A DNA stretch of 64,000 nucleotides from Ignavibacteriota bacterium. Its GTDB lineage: Bacteria; Bacteroidota; Ignavibacteria; UBA10030; CAVZMI01. Shown one piece after another: positions 9,408 to 18,946 of this stretch. Numbering within the stretch: position 1 is the first letter of the stretch; the number at the start of each line of letters is the position of its first letter. Both the position numbers and the translations under genes were made by a program. Under the pieces are notes generated by a model, which saw nothing but the letters and a program-made list of their open reading frames with translations, was not told where the DNA came from and did not search any database. The DNA is taken from positions 110,984 to 174,983 of the forward strand of contig CAVZMI010000015.1 of the NCBI GenBank assembly GCA_963776275.1, written 5' to 3'.

Positions 9408-12400
9408 TTTTTCCCCTCTTGTTGAACAAGGTTTTTCACGCGACGGATTTCTTTTTCGGCAGCGGCTTTGAATGTTGCATCGAGGCCGGGCCGATCGATG
9501 ATTTGTTGGTACATACCGATTGCCTGTTTGTACTTACTCATTTTTTCATAGGATTGACCCGACATGTAAAATGCATTCGCGGTCCAATCGATTTTCGTTT
9601 TCTTCGTAACCAGGTATGGAACTTTTAAAAACTCGAGAATTGCTTCCTGATATTGGGTTTGATAAAAATAGCACTCGCCGAGATAATAACGGATCTCGGC
9701 CTCAAGATCGCTGTCCGCTTCGTCGAGCAGATGTTGGAATTGAATAATAGCCTGATCATAGTAACCGAGTTTTTCGTAAAGAATACCTATATCCACACGT
9801 TTGTCGGTAATACTTTCGTCGTTGGGATATAGTGAAATAAATTTTCGTGTCAATTGCAATGCTGCATCGTACACACCGACCTCTTTATATGCTACAATGA
9901 TGTTATTCAATGCAAGCGGAAGAATCTCGGCATCCGTACTACTATCGACGACAACACGGTAATAACCGATGGCTTTTTCATATTGTTCTTTTCGGAAAAA
10001 AATATTGCCGAGAGCAAGCCGGGTTCGTGAAAGGATCGGTGCCGTCGGATATCGCTCCATAACATCCTGTAGAATCTTCACGGCTTCATCGGTACGATTC
10101 TGTGTCTCGGTGATGCATCCGTTCCAGTACAGAGCTGCAGGGGCCGATGCCGTCTCGTCATAATCGTCAAGGATTTCATCGAACGCCTTTTTTGCCTTCT
10201 GATATTCCTGTTTCCTATAATAATGGGTACCACGCTCGAGGGTAAATTCAGCAATGAGTTCATATTCATTTTTATAGTTTTTCTTGAATTGTTCGGTTCT
10301 GCGCTCGGCGTCTGTAATGGCATTGGATCGGAATTGGGCAATGATAATGCGTGATTCGCAATATTTTTTTTCTTCATCGGAAGTACTTTGTTGTTCAATT
10401 GTGGAATATTGAATAATAGCATCGGCATAGTTACCGCTCTGAAATAAAAGATCGGCCATTTGACGGCGAGTTCCAGCGGCGGCATTCAATTCACTGGCAC
10501 GTTTGAAGAAAGATGTGGCCAGCTCAATATTTCCTTCGCTTCGGGCATAATTACCCAGTGCAGTGAGGGCGTCAACGGCGGGTGCACCGGTGTTATCTAG
10601 CGTAAGATATTCCCGGTATAATTCTTTTGCATGCATGGCATCATTGAGCTTTGCGTAGAGTGATCCAAGCGCGATGATGATATCAGGCCGTGGAGTCTCT
10701 GACGTGAACGCATTTTCTTTTTGTTTATTGAGGAGGGCGTTATACAAAGTAATTGCATCATTGTAGCGTGCAGCGCGGGCTGCAGCTTCCGCCTTGAGAA
10801 GTTCTGCCTGCTGTGCATACAATGTATATGAAAACTGACTGAGAATCCGGTCACATAATGAAATCGCATCTGCTGTTTTTCCTTCATCGAGGGAATGTTG
10901 CGCCCTCCGGATCAACGCGTCTGCAGTGTGTCGATGGTTGGAGTACAATTCGGAGTATTGTGCATACAGGACTGCAGCAGAATCCTTTCTCCCGCTCAAT
11001 TCTAGTGCATGGGCTGACAGATAAAGAGCCTCCTGATCGGTTGTACCGAAGGGCTGCAGAAGATGCAAGGCACTGTCGTAATTCTGTGCTGTAATCGCCC
11101 GTTCAGCGATTTGAATAGCATAAAAAGCCCGCTTCTCTGGAGAAGAAAGTCTTGCGATGAGTTCGTCTACGCCGGTCAGTAAACCCTCGCGCATCAAACC
11201 GCGTTCAAGGGTTACTTCGGGGGCCAATGATGAAGATGGATATCGCTGCAGAAACTCGTCGTACGCCTTCAACGCATCGTCAGAGACGTGCTCATCGATG
11301 GCCGAGAGCAGGCGAAGCGATCGCGCGCGAGCCACAGAGGCCGTTTGCTGCTGTGTTGTGTCAGAGAGTCCCTGCGCGATTGCATTCGTGTATTGTGCGG
11401 CTGCCGAACGATAGTCTTTCAGATCATTGAAATATATTTCGGCAAGCTTGTATGAAAGATCGGCGCGCGATTGTTGTGCAATTATGTCGGCCATTATTCG
11501 TGCGAGTTTGTCAAGGCCGCCGTCGCGATTCTTAAGTACATACGTCTGTAGTGAATCGATGCGATGCTCGATTGTTTCCGTAAAATCGGTTGCCGGATAT
11601 TGCTGCAGAATATCTTGATATGCTGCAATGGCTTTCTCGGTAGTCGAGGTCGATTCGGTACAGCGTGCAATACCAAAGAATGCTTCGTCGGCATATTCGG
11701 AATTGCTATATATGACTGTAATATCGTGGTATAGTTCCAGTGCCAGAGGAGGATCGTTGAGATTCTTTTCTGCGATTTCGGCCGTAGTTAGCAGCATTCG
11801 CGGTGTACCACCATCATCAGGGTAGGCAGAAATAAAGTGTCGTGCAAAAGTAATGGCTTCACGATAATGCTTTTGCATTGATGCGTTCTGTGTACAATGG
11901 ACAAGGGCGAGCCGCGTTTCAGGCGATGCGGGGAAGCGTTGTACAATCTGTTTGAAATATCCCTGCGATTTCTGAAGATCGTTATTCTGTTCCGATGCTT
12001 TGCCGGCAGAGAACAACACTTGTGGAAGAAGCGGACTTACTGGAAATCTCCGGATAAAGGTGTCATATGAACTTAAGGCCGTTCGTATATCGTGCAGCTG
12101 GTATGCAGTGGTTCCGTATTGAAGAAGTGCATTTTGCTGTAATGTCGTATCAACGTTTGTCGTATCATTAGCCGCTTTTTTCAGCAGGTCGTTTGCAGCC
12201 GTAAGATTTCCCTGTTGACGGTACAATGTCCCGAGGGCCAGTGCAGCAGCCGGTGCAATTGAACTTTTCCCATACAATGACAATGCTTCGCGAAGATTTT
12301 TTTCCGCTTCTTCAATTTTTCCGATTGTGGCGTTGAGGTTTCCAAGTGAAACAAGAGCTTCGGCTTTAAGTCCCGGAATTGATCCATCAAGAACGCGGCG

Positions 12401-12997
12401 AAACTCTGCCCGCGCCTGCTCGGTATTACCTTCTTTTGCGAACAGCGAACCGAGACGAAGACGTGCTATTAGCACCGATTGATTTGTAGTGTATTCCTGA
12501 ATAAGTGCGCGGAGGACTTTCTTCGCATTTTCCATATCGGATGCGCGCTGGAAGAAATCACTCGCTCGGAGAAGCGCATCCGGCGCAAGTTTGCTTGTCG
12601 GATAAAAAACTTTCAGACGTTCAAACGCTGAAGCCGCTTCCGCAGCGTTGCCAAGCGCCGCATAAGATTCGCCCACCTGCCACCATGCATCCGCAGCTTT
12701 CGGATGCTGGGGATAGCTGATGGCAAAATTCTGGAATTGTGTGCGTGCCTCTTCGTATCTTTTTAACTTCAGCAATGCGGCGCCAATATAATACCGTGCT
12801 TCGATTCCCTGTTCGGTGTTCGGATATGCTGTAACGAAATTTCTGAATTGATCCACCGCAAGGTCAAAGAGCTGATCATTAAAAAGGTTCAATGCAAGTT
12901 TAAAATCGGCATTTTCCTTGGTATCCTGAGCCGGTGAGAGCGAGGATAATGAACAGACAATGCAGCTAAAAAGGAGAAATTTGTGGATGCGAATCAT
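9404..12997 (-). CDS. secreted tetratricopeptide-repeat protein (YbgF/BamD-like repeats)
   Basis: Signal peptide; many repeats ending in YP/FP turns (e.g. FQNFAISYPQHPKAADAWW). Confidence 0.88.
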   Translation of the reverse strand: MIRIHKFLLFSCIVCSLSSLSPAQDTKENADFKLALNLFNDQLFDLAVDQFRNFVTAYPNTEQGIEARYYIGAALLKLKRYEEARTQFQNFAISYPQHPKAADAWWQVGESYAALGNAAEAASAFERLKVFYPTSKLAPDALLRASDFFQRASDMENAKKVLRALIQEYTTNQSVLIARLRLGSLFAKEGNTEQARAEFRRVLDGSIPGLKAEALVSLGNLNATIGKIEEAEKNLREALSLYGKSSIAPAAALALGTLYRQQGNLTAANDLLKKAANDTTNVDTTLQQNALLQYGTTAYQLHDIRTALSSYDTFIRRFPVSPLLPQVLFSAGKASEQNNDLQKSQGYFKQIVQRFPASPETRLALVHCTQNASMQKHYREAITFARHFISAYPDDGGTPRMLLTTAEIAEKNLNDPPLALELYHDITVIYSNSEYADEAFFGIARCTESTSTTEKAIAAYQDILQQYPATDFTETIEHRIDSLQTYVLKNRDGGLDKLARIMADIIAQQSRADLSYKLAEIYFNDLKDYRSAAAQYTNAIAQGLSDTTQQQTASVARARSLRLLSAIDEHVSDDALKAYDEFLQRYPSSSLAPEVTLERGLMREGLLTGVDELIARLSSPEKRAFYAIQIAERAITAQNYDSALHLLQPFGTTDQEALYLSAHALELSGRKDSAAVLYAQYSELYSNHRHTADALIRRAQHSLDEGKTADAISLCDRILSQFSYTLYAQQAELLKAEAAARAARYNDAITLYNALLNKQKENAFTSETPRPDIIIALGSLYAKLNDAMHAKELYREYLTLDNTGAPAVDALTALGNYARSEGNIELATSFFKRASELNAAAGTRRQMADLLFQSGNYADAIIQYSTIEQQSTSDEEKKYCESRIIIAQFRSNAITDAERRTEQFKKNYKNEYELIAEFTLERGTHYYRKQEYQKAKKAFDEILDDYDETASAPAALYWNGCITETQNRTDEAVKILQDVMERYPTAPILSRTRLALGNIFFRKEQYEKAIGYYRVVVDSSTDAEILPLALNNIIVAYKEVGVYDAALQLTRKFISLYPNDESITDKRVDIGILYEKLGYYDQAIIQFQHLLDEADSDLEAEIRYYLGECYFYQTQYQEAILEFLKVPYLVTKKTKIDWTANAFYMSGQSYEKMSKYKQAIGMYQQIIDRPGLDATFKAAAEKEIRRVKNLVQQEGKK

Positions 12998-13268
12998 GAT
13001 CAGAGCACTGTGAAATTATTTTGATAAATGTACTATTTAATGAACTGCCAATCAAGAGCAGTGGCTCTCACAATAAAATTAGGGTTGGTAGTACGGACTG
13101 CAACTCACGGACAGGCAGCTTGAATCTGGAGGCGGAAATCTGTATTTTTCCCAAAGAACGCTCCACTGCCGGGTTACTCACAAAATCGATTTGCCATCTT
13201 ACACCTAGGCCTTTCAAGTGGGTTCCCTGAGGCATCTCGGAATATCAAAACTCCTCAAGGAGACGGCT

Positions 13269-14360
13269 ATGCGAAATATCATCCTTCTTTCCTTTTCTCT
13301 AATTCTCAGTGTCACATCGATGGTCGTTCCCCAAACAAGCGGCAAAGTTGAATTAATCATAACAACACCTATGGGAGAAACTCAGACTATCGATCAAACA
13401 CAGATGATCGTTGCTACTTTCAATCAGCCAATGGTTCCGCTAAGAGAAGTTCCGGTTAATGAAGACAGCGGTTCACTTCTGATTCGACCGACTGTATCCG
13501 GTAAATACAGGTGGCAGGGAACAAGAACATTGAGTTTTATTCCTGCCGACCGCTTGCCATATTCAACGGAATACACTGTGAAGATTCCTGCCGGGACAAA
13601 ATCAATCTCGGCTAAGGTCATGGATCGTGATTTTATCTGGAAATTCGAGACACCGAGGCCGAGAGTGATTTCCCATTCTCCTTCAAACCAACAAAAGAAT
13701 GTTGAATTGGATCATGCAATTCTCATTCGGTTCAACCAGCCTGTCGACCCGCAAACCGTCAGCAAATGGATTTCAATTGAAGAACATATCGGTAATAACA
13801 TCGCCTATATTCCATTCACAGCGAGTCAGGCCGATGATAAGAAAGAAGTAATAGAGAATACTATCCTTTTAAAATCCACAAATGGATGGCAGAAGGAGGG
13901 CGTGTACGTCGTCCGGTGCAAAGCAGGTATCGTGGGAACAGAGGGCCTTCTTCCCATGACATCGGATTATTCATTCACATTTAAGACATTTAGGGAATTT
14001 AAATTTGAAGGTATTAGAAATGTAGATGGTTTTTATCCAACACAGGCACTTCGTTTACATTTTTCGAATCCGGTACCACGCAAAGAAGTACTCTCTCATT
14101 TCTTATGTATTCCACCGGTTCATATCGAACAGGAAGAGTCAGATGAATATTATCCGACTAACGAAATACATATTTCCCTTCAGCTAGAACCGGAAAAGAA
14201 CTATATCGGTGTTCTCACGCCGGGAATAAAAGATCGCTTCGGGAATATTCTCAAGGATACGGTGAAATTTTCGTTTCGCACCGGATCCTTTTTACCGTCG
14301 GTAAAAATGACGACGGTCCAGGGGTCCTTGAAGCATATGAAGCTCATCGATATCCAGTGA
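13269..14360 (+). CDS. alpha-2-macroglobulin family protein, N-terminal part (Ig-like domains); frameshifted into the next ORF
   Basis: Signal peptide, TFNQPMVPL, IRFNQPVDP Ig-like motifs; frame switch near 14320-14360. Confidence 0.8.
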   Translation: MRNIILLSFSLILSVTSMVVPQTSGKVELIITTPMGETQTIDQTQMIVATFNQPMVPLREVPVNEDSGSLLIRPTVSGKYRWQGTRTLSFIPADRLPYSTEYTVKIPAGTKSISAKVMDRDFIWKFETPRPRVISHSPSNQQKNVELDHAILIRFNQPVDPQTVSKWISIEEHIGNNIAYIPFTASQADDKKEVIENTILLKSTNGWQKEGVYVVRCKAGIVGTEGLLPMTSDYSFTFKTFREFKFEGIRNVDGFYPTQALRLHFSNPVPRKEVLSHFLCIPPVHIEQEESDEYYPTNEIHISLQLEPEKNYIGVLTPGIKDRFGNILKDTVKFSFRTGSFLPSVKMTTVQGSLKHMKLIDIQ

Positions 14361-17300
14361 CATTCACCAATGTCGATTCAGTCATGCTATCGCTTGGAAG
14401 GATTGATCCGGAAAAAATTATTCCTGTGATGCGAAGGCTCGACTACTCGGCAGCGCAAGAACTTATCTGGCATGAAGCAATTCTTGATTGGGGCGATGCG
14501 CGAAGTGAAGATACATCGAATTTCACCATAACATCACTCTGGTATCCCTCGATTCCACGAAATAAACCGACGGAATGTGATATTAATCTTGATAAGGTGC
14601 TGGGGAAATCGAAGTTAGGCATCGTGCTTGTCCAGGTCGACAATCTCTTCCGTGATCCCAACAAACGCCGATATCTCAAAGCATTGATTCAGGTGACGAA
14701 TCTGGGTGTAACCGCAAAATTTTCGCCCGAGAATAATCTTATATGGGTGACACAACTGAAAGATGCGGAACCTGTAGAAGGTGCAAAAGTCGAAATACGG
14801 AATGATAGTAATGTTGTCATCTGGAAAGGAGAGACAGATAGTCATGGATGTGCAAAGAGTCCGGGATGGGGGAAACTCGGATTCGAAGGCAAGAGAATTT
14901 CCGATGAAGAAGAGGAATATTGGTACGATTCCGGCCAGCCCCGGCAGTGGGTTATCGTAAAATACAAAGGTGATGTTGCGGTAACAAATTCTGAATGGAA
15001 CGAAGGGTTGCAGCCGTGGACGTTCGGAGTTCCTATCGAATGGCGCCCGCAATTTGAACCTATTGAAGGAGAGATCTTTTCCGATCGCGGATTATACAGG
15101 GCGGGTGAACAGGTCGATATCAAAGGAATTCTCCGTGTCCGCCGTGACGATGAGCTGCGCATTCCCAAATTGATGCCGCTTCGTCTGACGATTCGTAATT
15201 CACGCAATGAAGAAATATTTAAAACGACACCGGTGCTGTCAGAATTCGGATCATTTGCGACAAGTCTGATGTTAAAGCCCTCGGCTCCGCTCGGTTATTA
15301 TTCGATGCGGTTAGAGGTTCAGATGAAATCGAAGGGTAAGGAACGATGGGTGTCGGTCGCTTCGGACGATTTCCGTGTGGAGGCATTCCGTCCCGCGGAA
15401 TTTCAGGTTATTGCACAGACAGCAAAGAAATTCTGCATTATCGGTGATACAGTTTCCGGGATTTTCTCGGCGAAATATCTTTTTGGGGCTCCATTACAAA
15501 ACGCACCGGTTACGTGGCGCGCATCGGTCTCTCCCTCCTACTGGCAGCCGGAAGGATTTGAAGATTATTTCTTTGGAACAACCGGATGGTTATCAAAATA
15601 TCGAAGATCGCAATATCAAGTACTCTCGACAAAAGATACTGTACTCGATAAATTCGGTAATCTTGGTGTCAGTACCGATCTTAACGTTGGAGAAATTCGC
15701 GGGACGGCCATGTTAACATTTGAAGCCGAAGTCCAATCGCCATCGCGACAGGCAATTGCCGGCAGAGCATCGGTTGTTGTTCATGGGGGTGAATATTACA
15801 TAGGAATAGCCCCCGCATCGACATTTGTTAAAAGCGACACAATCTTTTCATATAAAATTATCACAGTAACCCCGGAAGGAAAACCGGTGTCAGGACAAAC
15901 TCTTAACGGTAAGATATTCAAAAGAATCTGGCGATCAGTGCGAAAAGCAGAGACGGGGGGACGATACTACTGGCAATCGGAAACTGAAGATATCCCCGTT
16001 GATAGTCTAATACTCGAGAGCGATGGGAAAGCCGTTGTGCAGACATATACACCGAAGGAGCCCGGTTTTTACTATATCCATTTTCAGGGGAAGGATCAAC
16101 GGGGAAATACAATCACAAGTGAAGCCTATTTCTATGTCAGTGGTTCGTCATATGTTCCGTGGGAGCGCAGCAATGACGATCGGATTGAATTGATTACGAA
16201 TAAGAAAAATTATAAGACGGGTGAGACAGCAAGTATAATAGTAAAATCGCCATATGAGAAGGCAATTGCATTGGTTTCACTCGAGCGGAATGGGATTCTA
16301 CGTCACTTCGTAACGACGCTTGTCGGGAGTGCTCCCCAAATCGATCTGCCGATTTCCCGTGATTGTCTGCCGAATGTTTTTGTTTCTGTAATTTTATTAC
16401 AGGGACGGGTTGCGCGTCCTGCAGAATCGCGTGAAGCGGATGTCGGTCGTCCATCGTTCAAGATTGGATACACGACGCTCTTGGTCAGCCCGCTGGAAAA
16501 AAAGCTTGCCGTTAATGTTGTATCGACAAAAACGGAGTATCGGCCCGGTGATAGCGTGGAAGTGCAAATTTCAACAAAAGATTTTTCGGGACGGGGAATG
16601 TCTGCGGAAGTGACACTGAGTGTCGCCGACCTTGGCGTCTTGAACCTGATCAACTATCGGCTGCCGGATATCTTCCAGAGATTCTATCGTACTCAATCCC
16701 TTGCAGTTGTCACAACAGAGACGCGCCTGAATCTTGTCAAACAACGAAACTACGGGGAAAAAGGAGAAGATGAAGGCGGCGGCGGGGGTGATGAGAATGC
16801 TCAGGGTTACGACGCCGAAGGTATCAGAAAACTCTTCAAACCTTCCGCATATTGGAATCCATCCATTCTGACGGACCGGAAAGGAAATGCAATCGTGCGG
16901 TTTAAACTCCCGGATAACCTGACATCGTTTGAAATCATGGCTGTCGCACATACAAAAGAATCGGATTTCGGTTACGGAGAGAACAGTTTCCGGGTCAGCA
17001 AACCACTTCTCATGCATCCTGCACTTCCACGGTTTGCCCGTGTGGGTGATTCATTCGAAGGAGGCGTTCTCCTGCTGAATTATACAGATAAGGATAGACA
17101 GGTTAAATTGATGACGAATGTGAAAGGACTTTTATTTAACGGTCCTGATTCCATGGCGTTTACACTTAAAGCGGGGGAAGGAAAAGAAATACGCCATGCA
17201 TTTCGAGCGGAAAAAATCGGAACCGCCGTCCTGACCTTCAAAGTATTATCAGAAACCGATCGTGACGGACTTCAGTGGAAGATACCGATACAAGTCCCAC

Positions 17301-18925
17301 GGCTAAAAGAGACAGTTGCACTTTATGAATCATCGAAAGATCCGTCAGTAGAAGAGCAGACCGTCGTTCCCAGGAACATCTATAAAGAACTCGGTGAAAT
17401 TAATGTCACCCTCTCCTCGACGGCTATGGTGGGACTGGAGAAAGGAATTAAATATTTATTTGAATACCCCTATGGGTGTCTCGAACAGCGCTTATCGCAT
17501 GCACTCCCTATTATTATGGCAAAAGATATAGTCGAATCATTTAATTTTGAAGAGTTGAAAGATAAAAATTACCGTGCGGCCGCAGAGAAAGTCCTTGACG
17601 AGATACCGGCATTTCAGCGCGAGAATGGTGGTTTTTCGTATTGGAAAAATACTTATGATGTGTCGCCGTATCTGTCTGCTTTCGCGATGTATTCACTTGC
17701 GCAGGCACAGCGAAATGGGTATACGGTAGAAAAAAGGGTAATGGATAAAGGATTTCAATATTTAAGGAAAGTCCTTGAAGATGAACAAGATATCTTCTGG
17801 TATGATAAAACGGTCTCCTTCTGTACGGATGCGCTCATTCTCTATACATATGCGCTGGCCGGAAAACCCGATTACGGGTATATGGAAAATCTGTATACTC
17901 AACGATCACATATGCCGCTTTTTGCACGGGCATATTTGCTTAAAGCCTTGAGCGCTGCAAAAGGAAATGAGATGATGATTTCCAATCTAACTCGGGAACT
18001 GTTAAACATGGCAAAGGTTTCATCGACATCTGCTCATTTCGAAGAAGGTGAATCGAATTACTGGGCATGGATTTTCCATTCGAATGTACGAACCACGGCT
18101 CTAGTCATGCAGGCAATAGTCGAAACACACCTCGAAAATCCGATCATCCCAAAAGTTGTGCGCTGGTTGATCGATCAACAGAAAATGTGTCGCTGGCGTA
18201 CAACGCAGGAAAATCTGTATGTTGTCGATGCTCTTGCAACATATTTCAGAAAATATGAAAGTGAAGAACCCGACTTCAAAGCAGAAGCGCTCCTTGAAGG
18301 AGGGAAATTGGTGGAATCGATTTTTAAAGGACGAAGTCTGAAAACTGCCTCAGGTTCGATAGCTCTCGCGGAACTTATCCCCGGGGTGACATATAAATGG
18401 GAATTCAAGAAAGAGGGTACCGGACGGATGTACCGGAATTTGACGATGAATTATTATCCACAAGGAGAAACGACGGCGAAGGAAGAAGGACTCTCGGTGA
18501 TGAAAATTATTGTCGATCCGCAGAAACCGAATACTCCTCTGGGAACATTAACAGCAGGAAGCGTAGCAAAAATATCGCTCACGATCGCGACGACACAAGA
18601 TCGGAATTTCGTTGTGGTGGATGACCCGATTCCGGCCGGATTTGAGATTATCGATCGGTCATTCGAGACGACAGCGTCGAGTATCCTTCCGTCCGAAATG
18701 AAACCTGAAGAACAATGGCGATGGAATCCGTTTAAACATCGGGAGTTTTACGACGATCGTGCGCTCTTTTTTGCCGATTATCTCCCCGCGGGAATTCATA
18801 CAGTGAGCTATCTGGTACGCGCGACACGCTACGGGTCGTTCCAGCTTCCGTCGACTCGCGCAGAAGGAATGTACGAACCGGAGGTCTTCGGTCAGACTAG
18901 TTCTAAAATCTTTAAAGTCGAGTAA
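14357..18925 (+). CDS. alpha-2-macroglobulin family protein, main part
   Basis: SDRGLYRAGE (MG2), FKLPDNLT, thioester YPYGCLEQ, DPIPAGFE, AEGMYEPE. Confidence 0.93.
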   Translation: MTFTNVDSVMLSLGRIDPEKIIPVMRRLDYSAAQELIWHEAILDWGDARSEDTSNFTITSLWYPSIPRNKPTECDINLDKVLGKSKLGIVLVQVDNLFRDPNKRRYLKALIQVTNLGVTAKFSPENNLIWVTQLKDAEPVEGAKVEIRNDSNVVIWKGETDSHGCAKSPGWGKLGFEGKRISDEEEEYWYDSGQPRQWVIVKYKGDVAVTNSEWNEGLQPWTFGVPIEWRPQFEPIEGEIFSDRGLYRAGEQVDIKGILRVRRDDELRIPKLMPLRLTIRNSRNEEIFKTTPVLSEFGSFATSLMLKPSAPLGYYSMRLEVQMKSKGKERWVSVASDDFRVEAFRPAEFQVIAQTAKKFCIIGDTVSGIFSAKYLFGAPLQNAPVTWRASVSPSYWQPEGFEDYFFGTTGWLSKYRRSQYQVLSTKDTVLDKFGNLGVSTDLNVGEIRGTAMLTFEAEVQSPSRQAIAGRASVVVHGGEYYIGIAPASTFVKSDTIFSYKIITVTPEGKPVSGQTLNGKIFKRIWRSVRKAETGGRYYWQSETEDIPVDSLILESDGKAVVQTYTPKEPGFYYIHFQGKDQRGNTITSEAYFYVSGSSYVPWERSNDDRIELITNKKNYKTGETASIIVKSPYEKAIALVSLERNGILRHFVTTLVGSAPQIDLPISRDCLPNVFVSVILLQGRVARPAESREADVGRPSFKIGYTTLLVSPLEKKLAVNVVSTKTEYRPGDSVEVQISTKDFSGRGMSAEVTLSVADLGVLNLINYRLPDIFQRFYRTQSLAVVTTETRLNLVKQRNYGEKGEDEGGGGGDENAQGYDAEGIRKLFKPSAYWNPSILTDRKGNAIVRFKLPDNLTSFEIMAVAHTKESDFGYGENSFRVSKPLLMHPALPRFARVGDSFEGGVLLLNYTDKDRQVKLMTNVKGLLFNGPDSMAFTLKAGEGKEIRHAFRAEKIGTAVLTFKVLSETDRDGLQWKIPIQVPRLKETVALYESSKDPSVEEQTVVPRNIYKELGEINVTLSSTAMVGLEKGIKYLFEYPYGCLEQRLSHALPIIMAKDIVESFNFEELKDKNYRAAAEKVLDEIPAFQRENGGFSYWKNTYDVSPYLSAFAMYSLAQAQRNGYTVEKRVMDKGFQYLRKVLEDEQDIFWYDKTVSFCTDALILYTYALAGKPDYGYMENLYTQRSHMPLFARAYLLKALSAAKGNEMMISNLTRELLNMAKVSSTSAHFEEGESNYWAWIFHSNVRTTALVMQAIVETHLENPIIPKVVRWLIDQQKMCRWRTTQENLYVVDALATYFRKYESEEPDFKAEALLEGGKLVESIFKGRSLKTASGSIALAELIPGVTYKWEFKKEGTGRMYRNLTMNYYPQGETTAKEEGLSVMKIIVDPQKPNTPLGTLTAGSVAKISLTIATTQDRNFVVVDDPIPAGFEIIDRSFETTASSILPSEMKPEEQWRWNPFKHREFYDDRALFFADYLPAGIHTVSYLVRATRYGSFQLPSTRAEGMYEPEVFGQTSSKIFKVE

Positions 18926-18946
18926 TATTATTTTATCGATAAAAAC

